From a virus (lineage: Duplodnaviria > Heunggongvirae > Uroviricota > Caudoviricetes), in IMG/VR virus record IMGVR_UViG_3300001605_000009: a stretch of 62,900 nucleotides of DNA. One strand, given 5' to 3'. Each line of letters opens with the position of its first letter. Positions within the stretch are counted from its first letter, which is position 1. The notes under the pieces are model-generated. The model was not told the DNA's origin. It saw only the letters and a list, made by a program, of their open reading frames with translations, and did no database searches. This document shows positions 46,980 through 53,908 of this stretch, piece after piece. Position numbers and translations under genes: made by a program.

Positions 46980-47699
46980 TTAAGCAGCCTTCTCAGCCTT
47001 AGCAGCCTTAGCTGCACCATCATAGTCTGAGGCCGTTAGTGCACGACGTGTAAGCATTGTCTTAACACCGCGCTCGGTCTTATTGATTGCTTCAGCAATC
47101 TGCGCAACAGTTAGTGATGGAACATCAATATCAGCTAGTGGATCAGCTGCTGGACCCTTAAGGTCACGCTGCTTTGGCATCGCATCAATTTCACCAGCGC
47201 GTTGTAGGCTAAGAGCCTTACCGCGTACTGACTGAATTGACTTACCAACTGCTTCAGCAATATCCTCAACAAAGTTGCCCGCCTTAATCATCTTAAGTAC
47301 CTGAGCTTCTTCATCCTGTGAGTAGGTCTTTACAGACTCTACCTTCGCTGCTTCCTTGACATGTCCAGTTAGTTCCATTGAGAGGATCTTACCCTGAATA
47401 GCCTTTGGAGTATAGTCACCTGGGAACTTGTCCGCGATTTCTACATATGTGAACTCGCCGGTATTCTGCGTTACAAAGTGGCGAAGTTCCTCGGTTACTT
47501 CATCAGAGAAGGCACGTGGAGCGGCTGAAGCTAGTTCAACATCATATCCTAGCTTACGTAGCTTTGAGGAAATTGAACGTGTGCTTGTTTCTAGATCTTC
47601 TGCAACAGTCGCAACAGTTGCACGGCTTACCGGACGTTCGTCACCTACGAGGTTAACTAGTTGTGCGGTACGATCTTCGGTCCATTTAGGTGTAGTCAT
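46980..47699 (-). CDS. DNA-binding protein with repeated HTH units (T5 D5-like)
   Basis: WTE..T, RSISSKLRK.G, repeated IA..(K)S..S..GK units. Confidence 0.75.
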   Translation of the reverse strand: MTTPKWTEDRTAQLVNLVGDERPVSRATVATVAEDLETSTRSISSKLRKLGYDVELASAAPRAFSDEVTEELRHFVTQNTGEFTYVEIADKFPGDYTPKAIQGKILSMELTGHVKEAAKVESVKTYSQDEEAQVLKMIKAGNFVEDIAEAVGKSIQSVRGKALSLQRAGEIDAMPKQRDLKGPAADPLADIDVPSLTVAQIAEAINKTERGVKTMLTRRALTASDYDGAAKAAKAEKAA

Positions 47700-47702
47700 A
47701 AT

Positions 47703-48455
47703 TTAATTATTCTCCAATATAAAAGTTTTAAGGTCGTCTATGACCAATACGCCAGATTCTCTGGCTTTTTGAGTTTTAGTGGTTTCTTTACCACTTTCGT
47801 TTACTAGAATAGTCACGTCCTTAGTAATAGTGGACTTAACTAAATATCCCAGTTTTTCTAGTTCGACTTGGGCTTCTGCCTTAGTCTTAAAGCTAACTAG
47901 CTTACCTGTAATACAGACTGTACCTTTTGTTGCCTGTTTAGCAATCTTGGTAGTTTCAAAGCTAAGATTATGTGGTAGAAATAAATACCAATCATTTTCA
48001 CTTAACCAGCTTATAAGGTTGTCTGTCGCTTTTGGACCTAATCCTGCTTCTGAACAGCTACTGACTGTTATAGACTCAATATCAGAACATACCTTAGATA
48101 ACTTATCTGTGGCTGTTTTACCAATAAGCGGTATTCCCAGAGCAGGTAGCACATCATTAAGTCTTTTAGATTTAGATTGCTCAATCTCGTCTAATAGCTT
48201 AGTTGCCATCTTTTCTGAGTTTAACCCTTCGGATATTTCCAATAGAGTTAATTCGTAAATGTCTAGCGGACTAGACAACTGTAGTTTTTCCACTGCTGCG
48301 GGACCCAAGCCTTTAATCTTAAGTGTAGTAGCGAAGTGTTCTACTTGTTTCTTGTTAACTGATCCGCAATCAGAACTGCGGCAGTAAAGAATATCATTAA
48401 CGAGAACTAGAGAGCTGTTGCATGATGGACAATTAGTTGGAATGTTTATTTGCAT
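47703..48455 (-). CDS. NAD-dependent DNA ligase, subunit B (zinc finger, HhH, BRCT)
   Basis: CPSC..YC..C, IKGLG, LGIPLIG, VCITGKL. Confidence 0.9.
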   Translation of the reverse strand: MQINIPTNCPSCNSSLVLVNDILYCRSSDCGSVNKKQVEHFATTLKIKGLGPAAVEKLQLSSPLDIYELTLLEISEGLNSEKMATKLLDEIEQSKSKRLNDVLPALGIPLIGKTATDKLSKVCSDIESITVSSCSEAGLGPKATDNLISWLSENDWYLFLPHNLSFETTKIAKQATKGTVCITGKLVSFKTKAEAQVELEKLGYLVKSTITKDVTILVNESGKETTKTQKARESGVLVIDDLKTFILENN

Positions 48456-48481
48456 ATTATCTCTCTGCTCTTGATAAAGCC

Positions 48482-48510
48482 ATTATATCTAAACTTAGGG
48501 TCAAAGTCAA
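48482..48510 (-). promoter_or_regulatory. sigma70-like promoter
   Basis: AAAAATACTTC-TTGACT-17 nt-TATAAT. Confidence 0.8.
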
Positions 48511-48519
48511 GAAGTATTT

Positions 48520-49251
48520 TTAACCTAGGTGGCCAGGCACGCTTCTAATTATTTCATCATCTAAGTCGAAAAGCTCTGTGTGTCCGGGAAACTTTTTTGA
48601 AGAGAAGTGTCTTTTATTTGCCCATAATTTGTGTAATGACTGCTCTAAGTTAAATACTTCCTCTAAGGATCCCTTAACTATTTTCAGTAGTCTATACTCA
48701 TACCCTTTGAATCCGTTAGCTCGCCTCTTTACATCCTTAAAGTTAGTACCCTTGGTTATACCTATCTTTAAGCACTCTCGTACGTTTGTCTCCTTGTTTA
48801 CTAAAACCACTAAATATAGTATACCTGGAGACTTTGCTATTTCTGGATTCCTACTGAAAAAGGTAGGATTATACTTACCAACTCTATTGCAGTCAGGACA
48901 CCCGGATCCGCTCAAAACGTTATTAGGTATAGCTTTCCACTTATGGCCTGCTTTACATTCATGTAGTATAGGAGTTTTAGCTCCTTTATAGGAGTCTAGT
49001 ACCTTTATATTAAGCTCTTTAGATAGTAGCTCCTCCGTGTACATTACTGTAGTTTTCTGTAATTTATTACTACAGACGGGGCAACCACTACCTCCCAATA
49101 TACTACTGGGACTAACTGGCCACCTATGCCCGTGAAGACACTCATGGAGTATAGGTGTTTTATTGGTAAGGTATTCTTCTACTGGCCAGTAGTCTATTTC
49201 TTTTCTAAATAGCTCCTCTTCATACTGAGCATGAGTCTTCTTACTAGCCAT
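48520..49251 (-). mobile_element. free-standing homing-endonuclease-like gene, paralogue of 21752-22375
   Basis: two TPILHEC..GH.W...L.GSGCP.C repeats, LYLV..KIGIT, GHTELF. Confidence 0.7.
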
Positions 49252-49492
49252 GTAATAGGCGTTGAATCACGTTTAGTGGCTTAACTCCAGTAAAACGCTC
49301 TACCTCAGTACCTTCAGCACTTAGAACAATAGTAGTTGGCACAGCACGTACCTCATACTTCTTAGTCAGTTCGTCATGAATATCAATATCATACCTAATA
49401 ACCCTAGTAGGGTCTAAGCCCTCTAGTGTCTTCTTATATGTTTGGCACGGCCCACACCAGGTGGCCGAAAATACCAGCAATGTATTACTCAT
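49244..49492 (-). CDS. trxA: thioredoxin
   Basis: WCGPC active site, cis-Pro motif VPT. Confidence 0.92.
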   Translation of the reverse strand: MSNTLLVFSATWCGPCQTYKKTLEGLDPTRVIRYDIDIHDELTKKYEVRAVPTTIVLSAEGTEVERFTGVKPLNVIQRLLHG

Positions 49493-50435
49493 AGATTCTC
49501 CTTAGTACTCGCGGGATAATCTCACCCGCACGAACTACTTCAACAAGACACCCAATTTCTAGGTCTAGGTCTTGGATGTACTTCATATTATGCAGTGTAG
49601 CTCTAGATACCGTAGCTTCACCGATTACTACAGGCTCTAGAAGCGCGACAGGGCTGACAACACCAGAACGTCCTACTTGCCAATCAACACCCAGTAGTTT
49701 AGTTAATACTCCACCCTTACGCTCTTTGAGAGCAAAGGCACCACGTGGGTGCTTTGACGTGTACCCAGCTTCATAAAACTTCTCGTAGTCGTCAATACGA
49801 AACACTGTACCATCTTGTGGAAACTCATCAAGAAAGTGTGGGTCAGAAGAAAATACTGTATGAAATCCGTAGCAAGAAGCTAGCTTTTCCATATCCTCTG
49901 ACCACGTATCATAAACATGTGGTGTAATACCATACGCAATAAACTGTAGCTCACGAGTCTTAAACTCTTCAACTGACTTTAGGCTTAAAGCACCGGCAGA
50001 ATAGTTACGAGCGTTGTCAATAGTCTTTGGAGCCACAACCTCACCAGTAATCTGAGTTACTAGCTCATCCATTGAGCTGAACGGTATTTCCTGAGGGATA
50101 AGAGTACGCATATTAGCAGTAATGTCAAGACCTTCCTTGCCATCACCTCGTGTTAGCGATAGGAAGTGCTTACCCTTACAGTAGTAGTTACCTACAGCTG
50201 CTCCATCTAGCTTACGCGTAGTAGCTACTGCACCGCCTAGACTGATTAAAGGTTCATCATCATAGCATTTCTGCAGGCTCCACATAGGAAAAGCGTGAGC
50301 AATCCGATCACCTGTGATCGAAGCACCCACGCTTTCATAGCCATGATACTCCGCTAGTTTATCAAATTCTTCGTCGCTGATGATTGGATCACCCGCGTAG
50401 TATTTAGAACTTGCATAATCTAGAAAAGCTTTCAT
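49485..50435 (-). CDS. NAD-dependent DNA ligase, subunit A (adenylation plus OB)
   Basis: YYAG.PIISDEEFD, KLDG, TRGDG, GEV, DG.V, ATLHN, RAGEIIP. Confidence 0.92.
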   Translation of the reverse strand: MKAFLDYASSKYYAGDPIISDEEFDKLAEYHGYESVGASITGDRIAHAFPMWSLQKCYDDEPLISLGGAVATTRKLDGAAVGNYYCKGKHFLSLTRGDGKEGLDITANMRTLIPQEIPFSSMDELVTQITGEVVAPKTIDNARNYSAGALSLKSVEEFKTRELQFIAYGITPHVYDTWSEDMEKLASCYGFHTVFSSDPHFLDEFPQDGTVFRIDDYEKFYEAGYTSKHPRGAFALKERKGGVLTKLLGVDWQVGRSGVVSPVALLEPVVIGEATVSRATLHNMKYIQDLDLEIGCLVEVVRAGEIIPRVLRRIYE

Positions 50436-50758
50436 TGATAAATGTCCTGTAATAGTTCGCTAAAATTAGATATTATCACATCTTTAGACTCAGCTAAAGA
50501 CAAGATTTCAACCAACCCAGTGAATAACTCCTTAGAGTTGTTTAAATCTAAAGGCATAGCTACCCCATCTTTAGTGGGGAGCCATTCTTCAGAAAAATCC
50601 AAGTAGTACTTACGAAGGTGCATATACTCTACACCCCTAAATCTATTGATTGTAAGTCTTACTTGGAAGTCTTCTGTACAGTGTATTACGCGAGAGTAAA
50701 TTTCCTCGTCATCGTCCATTATCCCTTCCCTTGAGCGAGACAGATAATGGAACAACAC
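50432..50758 (-). CDS. PC4/p15-like ssDNA-binding protein
   Basis: F.G.EY.HLRKYY..W.PTK.G. Confidence 0.75.
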   Translation of the reverse strand: MLFHYLSRSREGIMDDDEEIYSRVIHCTEDFQVRLTINRFRGVEYMHLRKYYLDFSEEWLPTKDGVAMPLDLNNSKELFTGLVEILSLAESKDVIISNFSELLQDIYQ

Positions 50759-50984
50759 TGGTTACGCTACTAGGTCTAATAAGCCTATAGGAGTCTGCAT
50801 CCCAGCAGAATAGCAACACGGTGTCTTCGGTTTCTCTCGCTCTATTTGATTTGGTCTTTACATAATCCGTAGTAAAGTCTAGAGTACATACATTATACTT
50901 TAGTTTCTTAGACTCTAGGCTTCTGTATGTAATGGTGGCGTCGCCGTAATCTTTTACAGCATCAATTAGTTCATCTTTTGTCAT
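50709..50984 (-). CDS. WYL-like/SH3-fold hypothetical protein
   Basis: LFCWD..YR.I...V pattern. Confidence 0.6.
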   Translation of the reverse strand: MTKDELIDAVKDYGDATITYRSLESKKLKYNVCTLDFTTDYVKTKSNRARETEDTVLLFCWDADSYRLIRPSSVTSVVPLSVSLKGRDNGR

Positions 50985-51053
50985 ATTTATCCCGTCAGCA
51001 GGTTGGCATACTCGCGGACGCGAGTACCCGCAGTTAAGCGGGTACTTTATGGA

Positions 51054-51419
51054 TTAAGCAAAGAGGCCTGCGAAGTAGATAGCAGCCTTGCCAGTCAACT
51101 TAGAAATAATATCTGAGTCTACTGTTTTACCAGCAGCTTCGATAGCTGCTACTAGTTGTGCTTGTGCGTCTTCCTTACTAACTCGTGTAGAAGCTGCCTT
51201 AGTTGTCTTTGTTGTCTTTGACTGACCACCTGAAGATGGAGCCGCTGGATCCTTCTTAACGTATACGCCAGCCTTGCTGAGAATCATACGAACGCCATTA
51301 ACGCTCTCTTCCATATCTTCAGCAATTTCTGCTACAATATCCATTGAATTTTCTGGCGTTGGCTCAGCCTTTTCATACATAGAAATAGCTTGTGCCTTAC
51401 GTTCATCTGTCCATGCCAT
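51054..51419 (-). CDS. DNA-binding protein (T5 D3-like)
   Basis: WT.E, SM.IV.EIA, NGVRM.L.KAG.Y.KK. Confidence 0.75.
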   Translation of the reverse strand: MAWTDERKAQAISMYEKAEPTPENSMDIVAEIAEDMEESVNGVRMILSKAGVYVKKDPAAPSSGGQSKTTKTTKAASTRVSKEDAQAQLVAAIEAAGKTVDSDIISKLTGKAAIYFAGLFA

Positions 51420-51449
51420 ATTGTGTATTCTCCTTATTGTTGAAACTTC

Positions 51450-51478
51450 ATTATATTAAAATAAAAGCCTAAAGTCAA
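51450..51478 (-). promoter_or_regulatory. sigma70-like promoter of the replication operon
   Basis: AAAATAGTTC-TTGACT-17 nt-TATAAT. Confidence 0.85.
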
Positions 51479-51498
51479 GAACTATTTTGACTTTAGGC
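51459..51498 (-). terminator. intrinsic terminator directly after tRNA-Trp, overlapping the -35 box
   Basis: GCCTAAAGTCAA-AATAGTTC-TTGACTTTAGGC-TTTTATTT. Confidence 0.75.
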
Positions 51499-51575
51499 TG
51501 GCGAGGGTGCTCGGATTCGAACCGAGATTTGTGGGGTTGGAGTCCACCGTGTTAAACCATTGTCACTACACCGAC
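51499..51575 (-). tRNA. trnW: tRNA-Trp(CCA), atypical stems
   Basis: cloverleaf, GGTTCGAATCC T-arm, loop CT-CCA-AC, G73, encoded CCA; mismatches U2:U71, C3:C70, A31:C39. Confidence 0.75.
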
Positions 51576-51578
51576 GTA

Positions 51579-51791
51579 TTAGTTGTAGAGGTCTCGTGCA
51601 TCAGCTTCATTATTGAATACTGCGCAACCACAATACCTCATAGTGTGCCTACGGAAATGCTTATCAAAATAAGCATTATGACTTGCTAGGTCTTCGCAAG
51701 CCTCTTTCAAAGTTTCACCCTTACCGTAGCCCAGGTGACAGGCTGTGTAGTCTCGGCGTGGGTCGCCCTCACACCAGATTTCCATTAACAT
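51579..51791 (-). CDS. hypothetical protein
   Basis: 70 aa, AAGGAG RBS, own promoter. Confidence 0.65.
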   Translation of the reverse strand: MLMEIWCEGDPRRDYTACHLGYGKGETLKEACEDLASHNAYFDKHFRRHTMRYCGCAVFNNEADARDLYN

Positions 51792-51811
51792 GCTACTCTC
51801 CTTAGATAAAC

Positions 51812-51840
51812 AGAATAGCGTAAAATAGAATGGAAGTCAA
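51812..51840 (-). promoter_or_regulatory. sigma70-like promoter
   Basis: C-TTGACT-17 nt-TATTCT. Confidence 0.65.
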
Positions 51841-51883
51841 GGATAGAATTAAGTCTAGCCCTATACGAGTTACAATAATTTCT

Positions 51884-52075
51884 TTACTTGGCATCTACAC
51901 ACTCCACATAACTTGTTTGTCCGTCATTCCAGTGCCTAATGACACCAGCTACAATAACAGCGTTGGTAATTAAATACGCCGCTAATATAGCAGTACGAAT
52001 ATAGGCTACAACATCTGATTCTTTGTTGCACTCAGTAGCCTTATCACCGAGTGCCTTACACCATAAACGCCACAT
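51884..52075 (-). CDS. small membrane protein (MWRLWCKALG..RHWN family, recalled from aquatic phages)
   Basis: 63 aa, one TMD, AAGGA RBS. Confidence 0.7.
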   Translation of the reverse strand: MWRLWCKALGDKATECNKESDVVAYIRTAILAAYLITNAVIVAGVIRHWNDGQTSYVECVDAK

Positions 52076-52091
52076 ATTAATTCCTTTAAGA

Positions 52092-52165
52092 TGGATGCTC
52101 GACTAGGGCTCGAACCTAGATTGCACGGATCAAAACCGCGTTTCCTACCATTAGAAGATCGAGCA
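52092..52165 (-). tRNA. trnQ: tRNA-Gln(TTG)
   Basis: 7-bp acceptor TGCTCGA/TCGAGCA, loop TT-TTG-AT, T-arm, encoded CCA; discriminator U. Confidence 0.88.
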
Positions 52166-52166
52166 A

Positions 52167-52241
52167 TGGTGCTTCCACTCTGAATCGAACAGAGATTTTC
52201 GGGTTACAAAGCCGAGGTAATAGCCGTTATACTATGGAAGC
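52167..52241 (-). tRNA. trnT: tRNA-Thr(TGT)
   Basis: acceptor GCTTCCA/TGGAAGC, loop TT-TGT-AA, encoded CCA; C31:C39 mismatch. Confidence 0.85.
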
Positions 52242-52242
52242 T

Positions 52243-52384
52243 TGGTGGAAACCCTCACGGATTGGTTTCCTGTACGAGCACTCCCACGACTATTGGCTGC
52301 AGCACAAATAGTGTCTCGTATTAACCCTCACGTATCGGGTTTAATGTCTAGCATTACGACCAGCAGGGGTAGCTAGACTGAACG
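52243..52384 (-). ncRNA. unclassified structured RNA (~142 nt) ending in ACCA
   Basis: four hairpins, repeated CGTGAGGGTT motif, 3' 7-bp stem plus ACCA; fills the whole gap between two tRNAs. Confidence 0.6.
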
Positions 52385-52460
52385 TGGTACTCCCAGTAGG
52401 ATTCGAACCCACGACCAAGCCATCATGAGTGGCCGGCTCTAACCGCTGAGCTATAGGAGC
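52385..52460 (-). tRNA. tRNA-CAT, probably Ile2 (lysidine type)
   Basis: cloverleaf; C4-G69 and C5-G68 pairs (TilS determinants); no fMet features; loop CT-CAT-GA. Confidence 0.8.
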
Positions 52461-52461
52461 A

Positions 52462-52626
52462 TTATTCTGGGTCTAAAATGAAAAGTAGAATAGTTAGTGG
52501 CCATACTAAAGACACACCAAGAAGAATCACAAACTGTGTAGACCCAATCTTAATAGGTGAGTCGTATAACATATAAGCTATTAAGGCTAAAGCTATTCCA
52601 AAGTAAATGATTGCTGCTATTTCCAT
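52462..52626 (-). CDS. small two-TMD membrane protein, 54 aa (not in ORF track)
   Basis: MEIAAIIYFGIALALIAYMLY..VWPLTILLFILDPE*; AGAGG RBS. Confidence 0.65.
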   Translation of the reverse strand: MEIAAIIYFGIALALIAYMLYDSPIKIGSTQFVILLGVSLVWPLTILLFILDPE

Positions 52627-52642
52627 TTTAACCTCTTATACC

Positions 52643-52719
52643 TGGTGCACCCGGCAGGACTCGAACCTGCAACATACGGAGTAGAAATCCGATGCTCTGT
52701 CCAGTTGAGCTACGGGTGC
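52643..52719 (-). tRNA. trnR: tRNA-Arg(TCT)
   Basis: acceptor GCACCCG/CGGGTGC, loop TT-TCT-AC, encoded CCA; U27:U43 mismatch. Confidence 0.9.
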
Positions 52720-52725
52720 TAATTA

Positions 52726-53187
52726 CTAATGTCTAACGCAGTGATCTGCGGCTGTAGTTGCAGCAAAGCTATCTGGCTTTACTCGCGCTTGAAGACCAAG
52801 ACCTCGAACCCATCCAATAGCCTCACTTGTAACTACATTACTAGCGTGACGAGGGTCAGGATTAAAGTCTAGGTGAATTTCGAGACGACGATCTCCAACT
52901 ACGTCTTCAATAGCGTAGAATGCCTCTAGAGCAAACTGCACTTCCATCATTAGACGGGGGCGCATCTGACCGTAATCTGGTAGAGTTACCTTGTTATGAA
53001 AGACCTTGCAGCCATTTTTAGAGTTCATATGTAGAATAATAACTGTAGAAAAGTCAGCCTTATTCTTCGTTGAATTTCGTAATGAGTCACATCCAATATA
53101 AATACTTGATGCCTTACTTGATTTTAGAATTTCTTCTCTGGCATCAGCCCACATAACTATCCGTTTCAATTGACTCAATAGACTCAA
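52726..53187 (-). CDS. RNase H-like protein, YkuK/DUF458 family
   Basis: IYIGCDS, RL..EV, EIHLD.N, KP.SFAA...AD. Confidence 0.8.
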   Translation of the reverse strand: MSLLSQLKRIVMWADAREEILKSSKASSIYIGCDSLRNSTKNKADFSTVIILHMNSKNGCKVFHNKVTLPDYGQMRPRLMMEVQFALEAFYAIEDVVGDRRLEIHLDFNPDPRHASNVVTSEAIGWVRGLGLQARVKPDSFAATTAADHCVRH

Positions 53188-53398
53188 ACTTAATCGAGCG
53201 CCACTGGTTCTGCTCCAAGTCCCATACTGTTATAGTAAACTGGGACGGAGCGTATTTAATATTAGGGTTCAACTCAAGAACAGGCAAAAACATACTGTTC
53301 AATGTGCAATGCATTTCACGCTTTTCGCCATTCACTTTAGTGAATACGATAGTGGCTGTTTCTGTTTTCAGAAGCTCGCGAAGTTCGTTAATATCCAT
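53144..53398 (-). CDS. WYL_2/SH3-like small protein
   Basis: FTK.NGE.R.M.CTL, VWD.E...WRS. Confidence 0.75.
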   Translation of the reverse strand: MDINELRELLKTETATIVFTKVNGEKREMHCTLNSMFLPVLELNPNIKYAPSQFTITVWDLEQNQWRSIKFESIESIETDSYVG

Positions 53399-53424
53399 GT
53401 GCCTTTTGCCTTTCTGTTGATACT

Positions 53425-53453
53425 CTTATATCAAAATAGAGGTACTAAGTCAA
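53425..53453 (-). promoter_or_regulatory. sigma70-like promoter
   Basis: AAAATAGTTC-TTGACT-17 nt-TATAAG. Confidence 0.75.
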
Positions 53454-53620
53454 GAACTATTTTCGACCTTCATTACTAGAGAGAAGTTCTCATATCGCCT
53501 GAGAAACTCTAGCTCACGAGACATAGTTTCCTCAATCATTGGTGAGAATACTGGAAAACTGTATGTAGAACTAATTGGGTTCCCACGAAGTGGGAAAGTG
53601 CTGGTGATAGTTACTTTCAT
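53450..53620 (-). CDS. hypothetical protein, 56 aa (not in ORF track)
   Basis: MKVTITSTFPLRGNPISS..KVENSS*; AGGAG RBS. Confidence 0.6.
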   Translation of the reverse strand: MKVTITSTFPLRGNPISSTYSFPVFSPMIEETMSRELEFLRRYENFSLVMKVENSS

Positions 53621-53634
53621 GGTAACTCCTAAAA

Positions 53635-53725
53635 TGGTAGTCCTGTGTGGATTCGAACCACAATTAACCCCTAATCTGGGCTCCGGGATATAAATCCGGT
53701 CGTTTTACCATTAAACTACAGGACC
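53635..53725 (-). tRNA. tRNA with TAT anticodon (nominal Ile) and long variable arm
   Basis: 91 nt; acceptor GGTCCTG/CAGGACT, T-arm TGTGG-TTCGAAT-CCACA, loop TT-TAT-AT, 20-nt variable region, encoded CCA. Confidence 0.7.
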
Positions 53726-53727
53726 GT

Positions 53728-53813
53728 TGGTGGGGAAGACGGGACTCGAACCCGCACGGACAAAGTCCACAAGATTTTAAGTCTCGCGCGGCTACCAATT
53801 TCACCACAACCCC
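53728..53813 (-). tRNA. trnL: tRNA-Leu(TAA)
   Basis: long variable arm, loop CT-TAA-AA, A73, encoded CCA; U5:U68 and U6:U67 mismatches. Confidence 0.85.
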
Positions 53814-53828
53814 TTGCTTGATACATAT

Positions 53829-53857
53829 GTTATAACTGAAATAAGATAAGAAGTCAA
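53829..53857 (-). promoter_or_regulatory. sigma70-like promoter of the tRNA cluster
   Basis: AAAAATATATC-TTGACT-17 nt-TATAAC. Confidence 0.8.
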
Positions 53858-53874
53858 GATATATTTTTTAAATG

Positions 53875-53901
53875 GTGGGTGGCCCACTATAGGCCACCCA
53901 C
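53875..53901 (-). terminator. hairpin terminator after the giant gene
   Basis: GTGGGTGGCC-N7-GGCCACCCAC. Confidence 0.7.
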
Positions 53902-53908
53902 TATATAA

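Noticed and set aside
52243-52384. tmRNA or half of a permuted tmRNA
   Set aside because: The CCACCA end is similar, but there is no T-arm (GGTTCGA), position 3:70 is A-U rather than G:U, and no tag reading frame was found
52243-52384. tRNA-associated HDV-like (theta), hammerhead or twister ribozyme
   Set aside because: No GG after the P1-like helix, no HDV L3 consensus, no CUGAUGA/GAAA core; a covariance-model search is needed to exclude it fully
53635-53725. Reading this tRNA as an ochre suppressor (TTA anticodon)
   Set aside because: That register leaves three of five anticodon-stem pairs mismatched; the TAT register gives four Watson-Crick pairs
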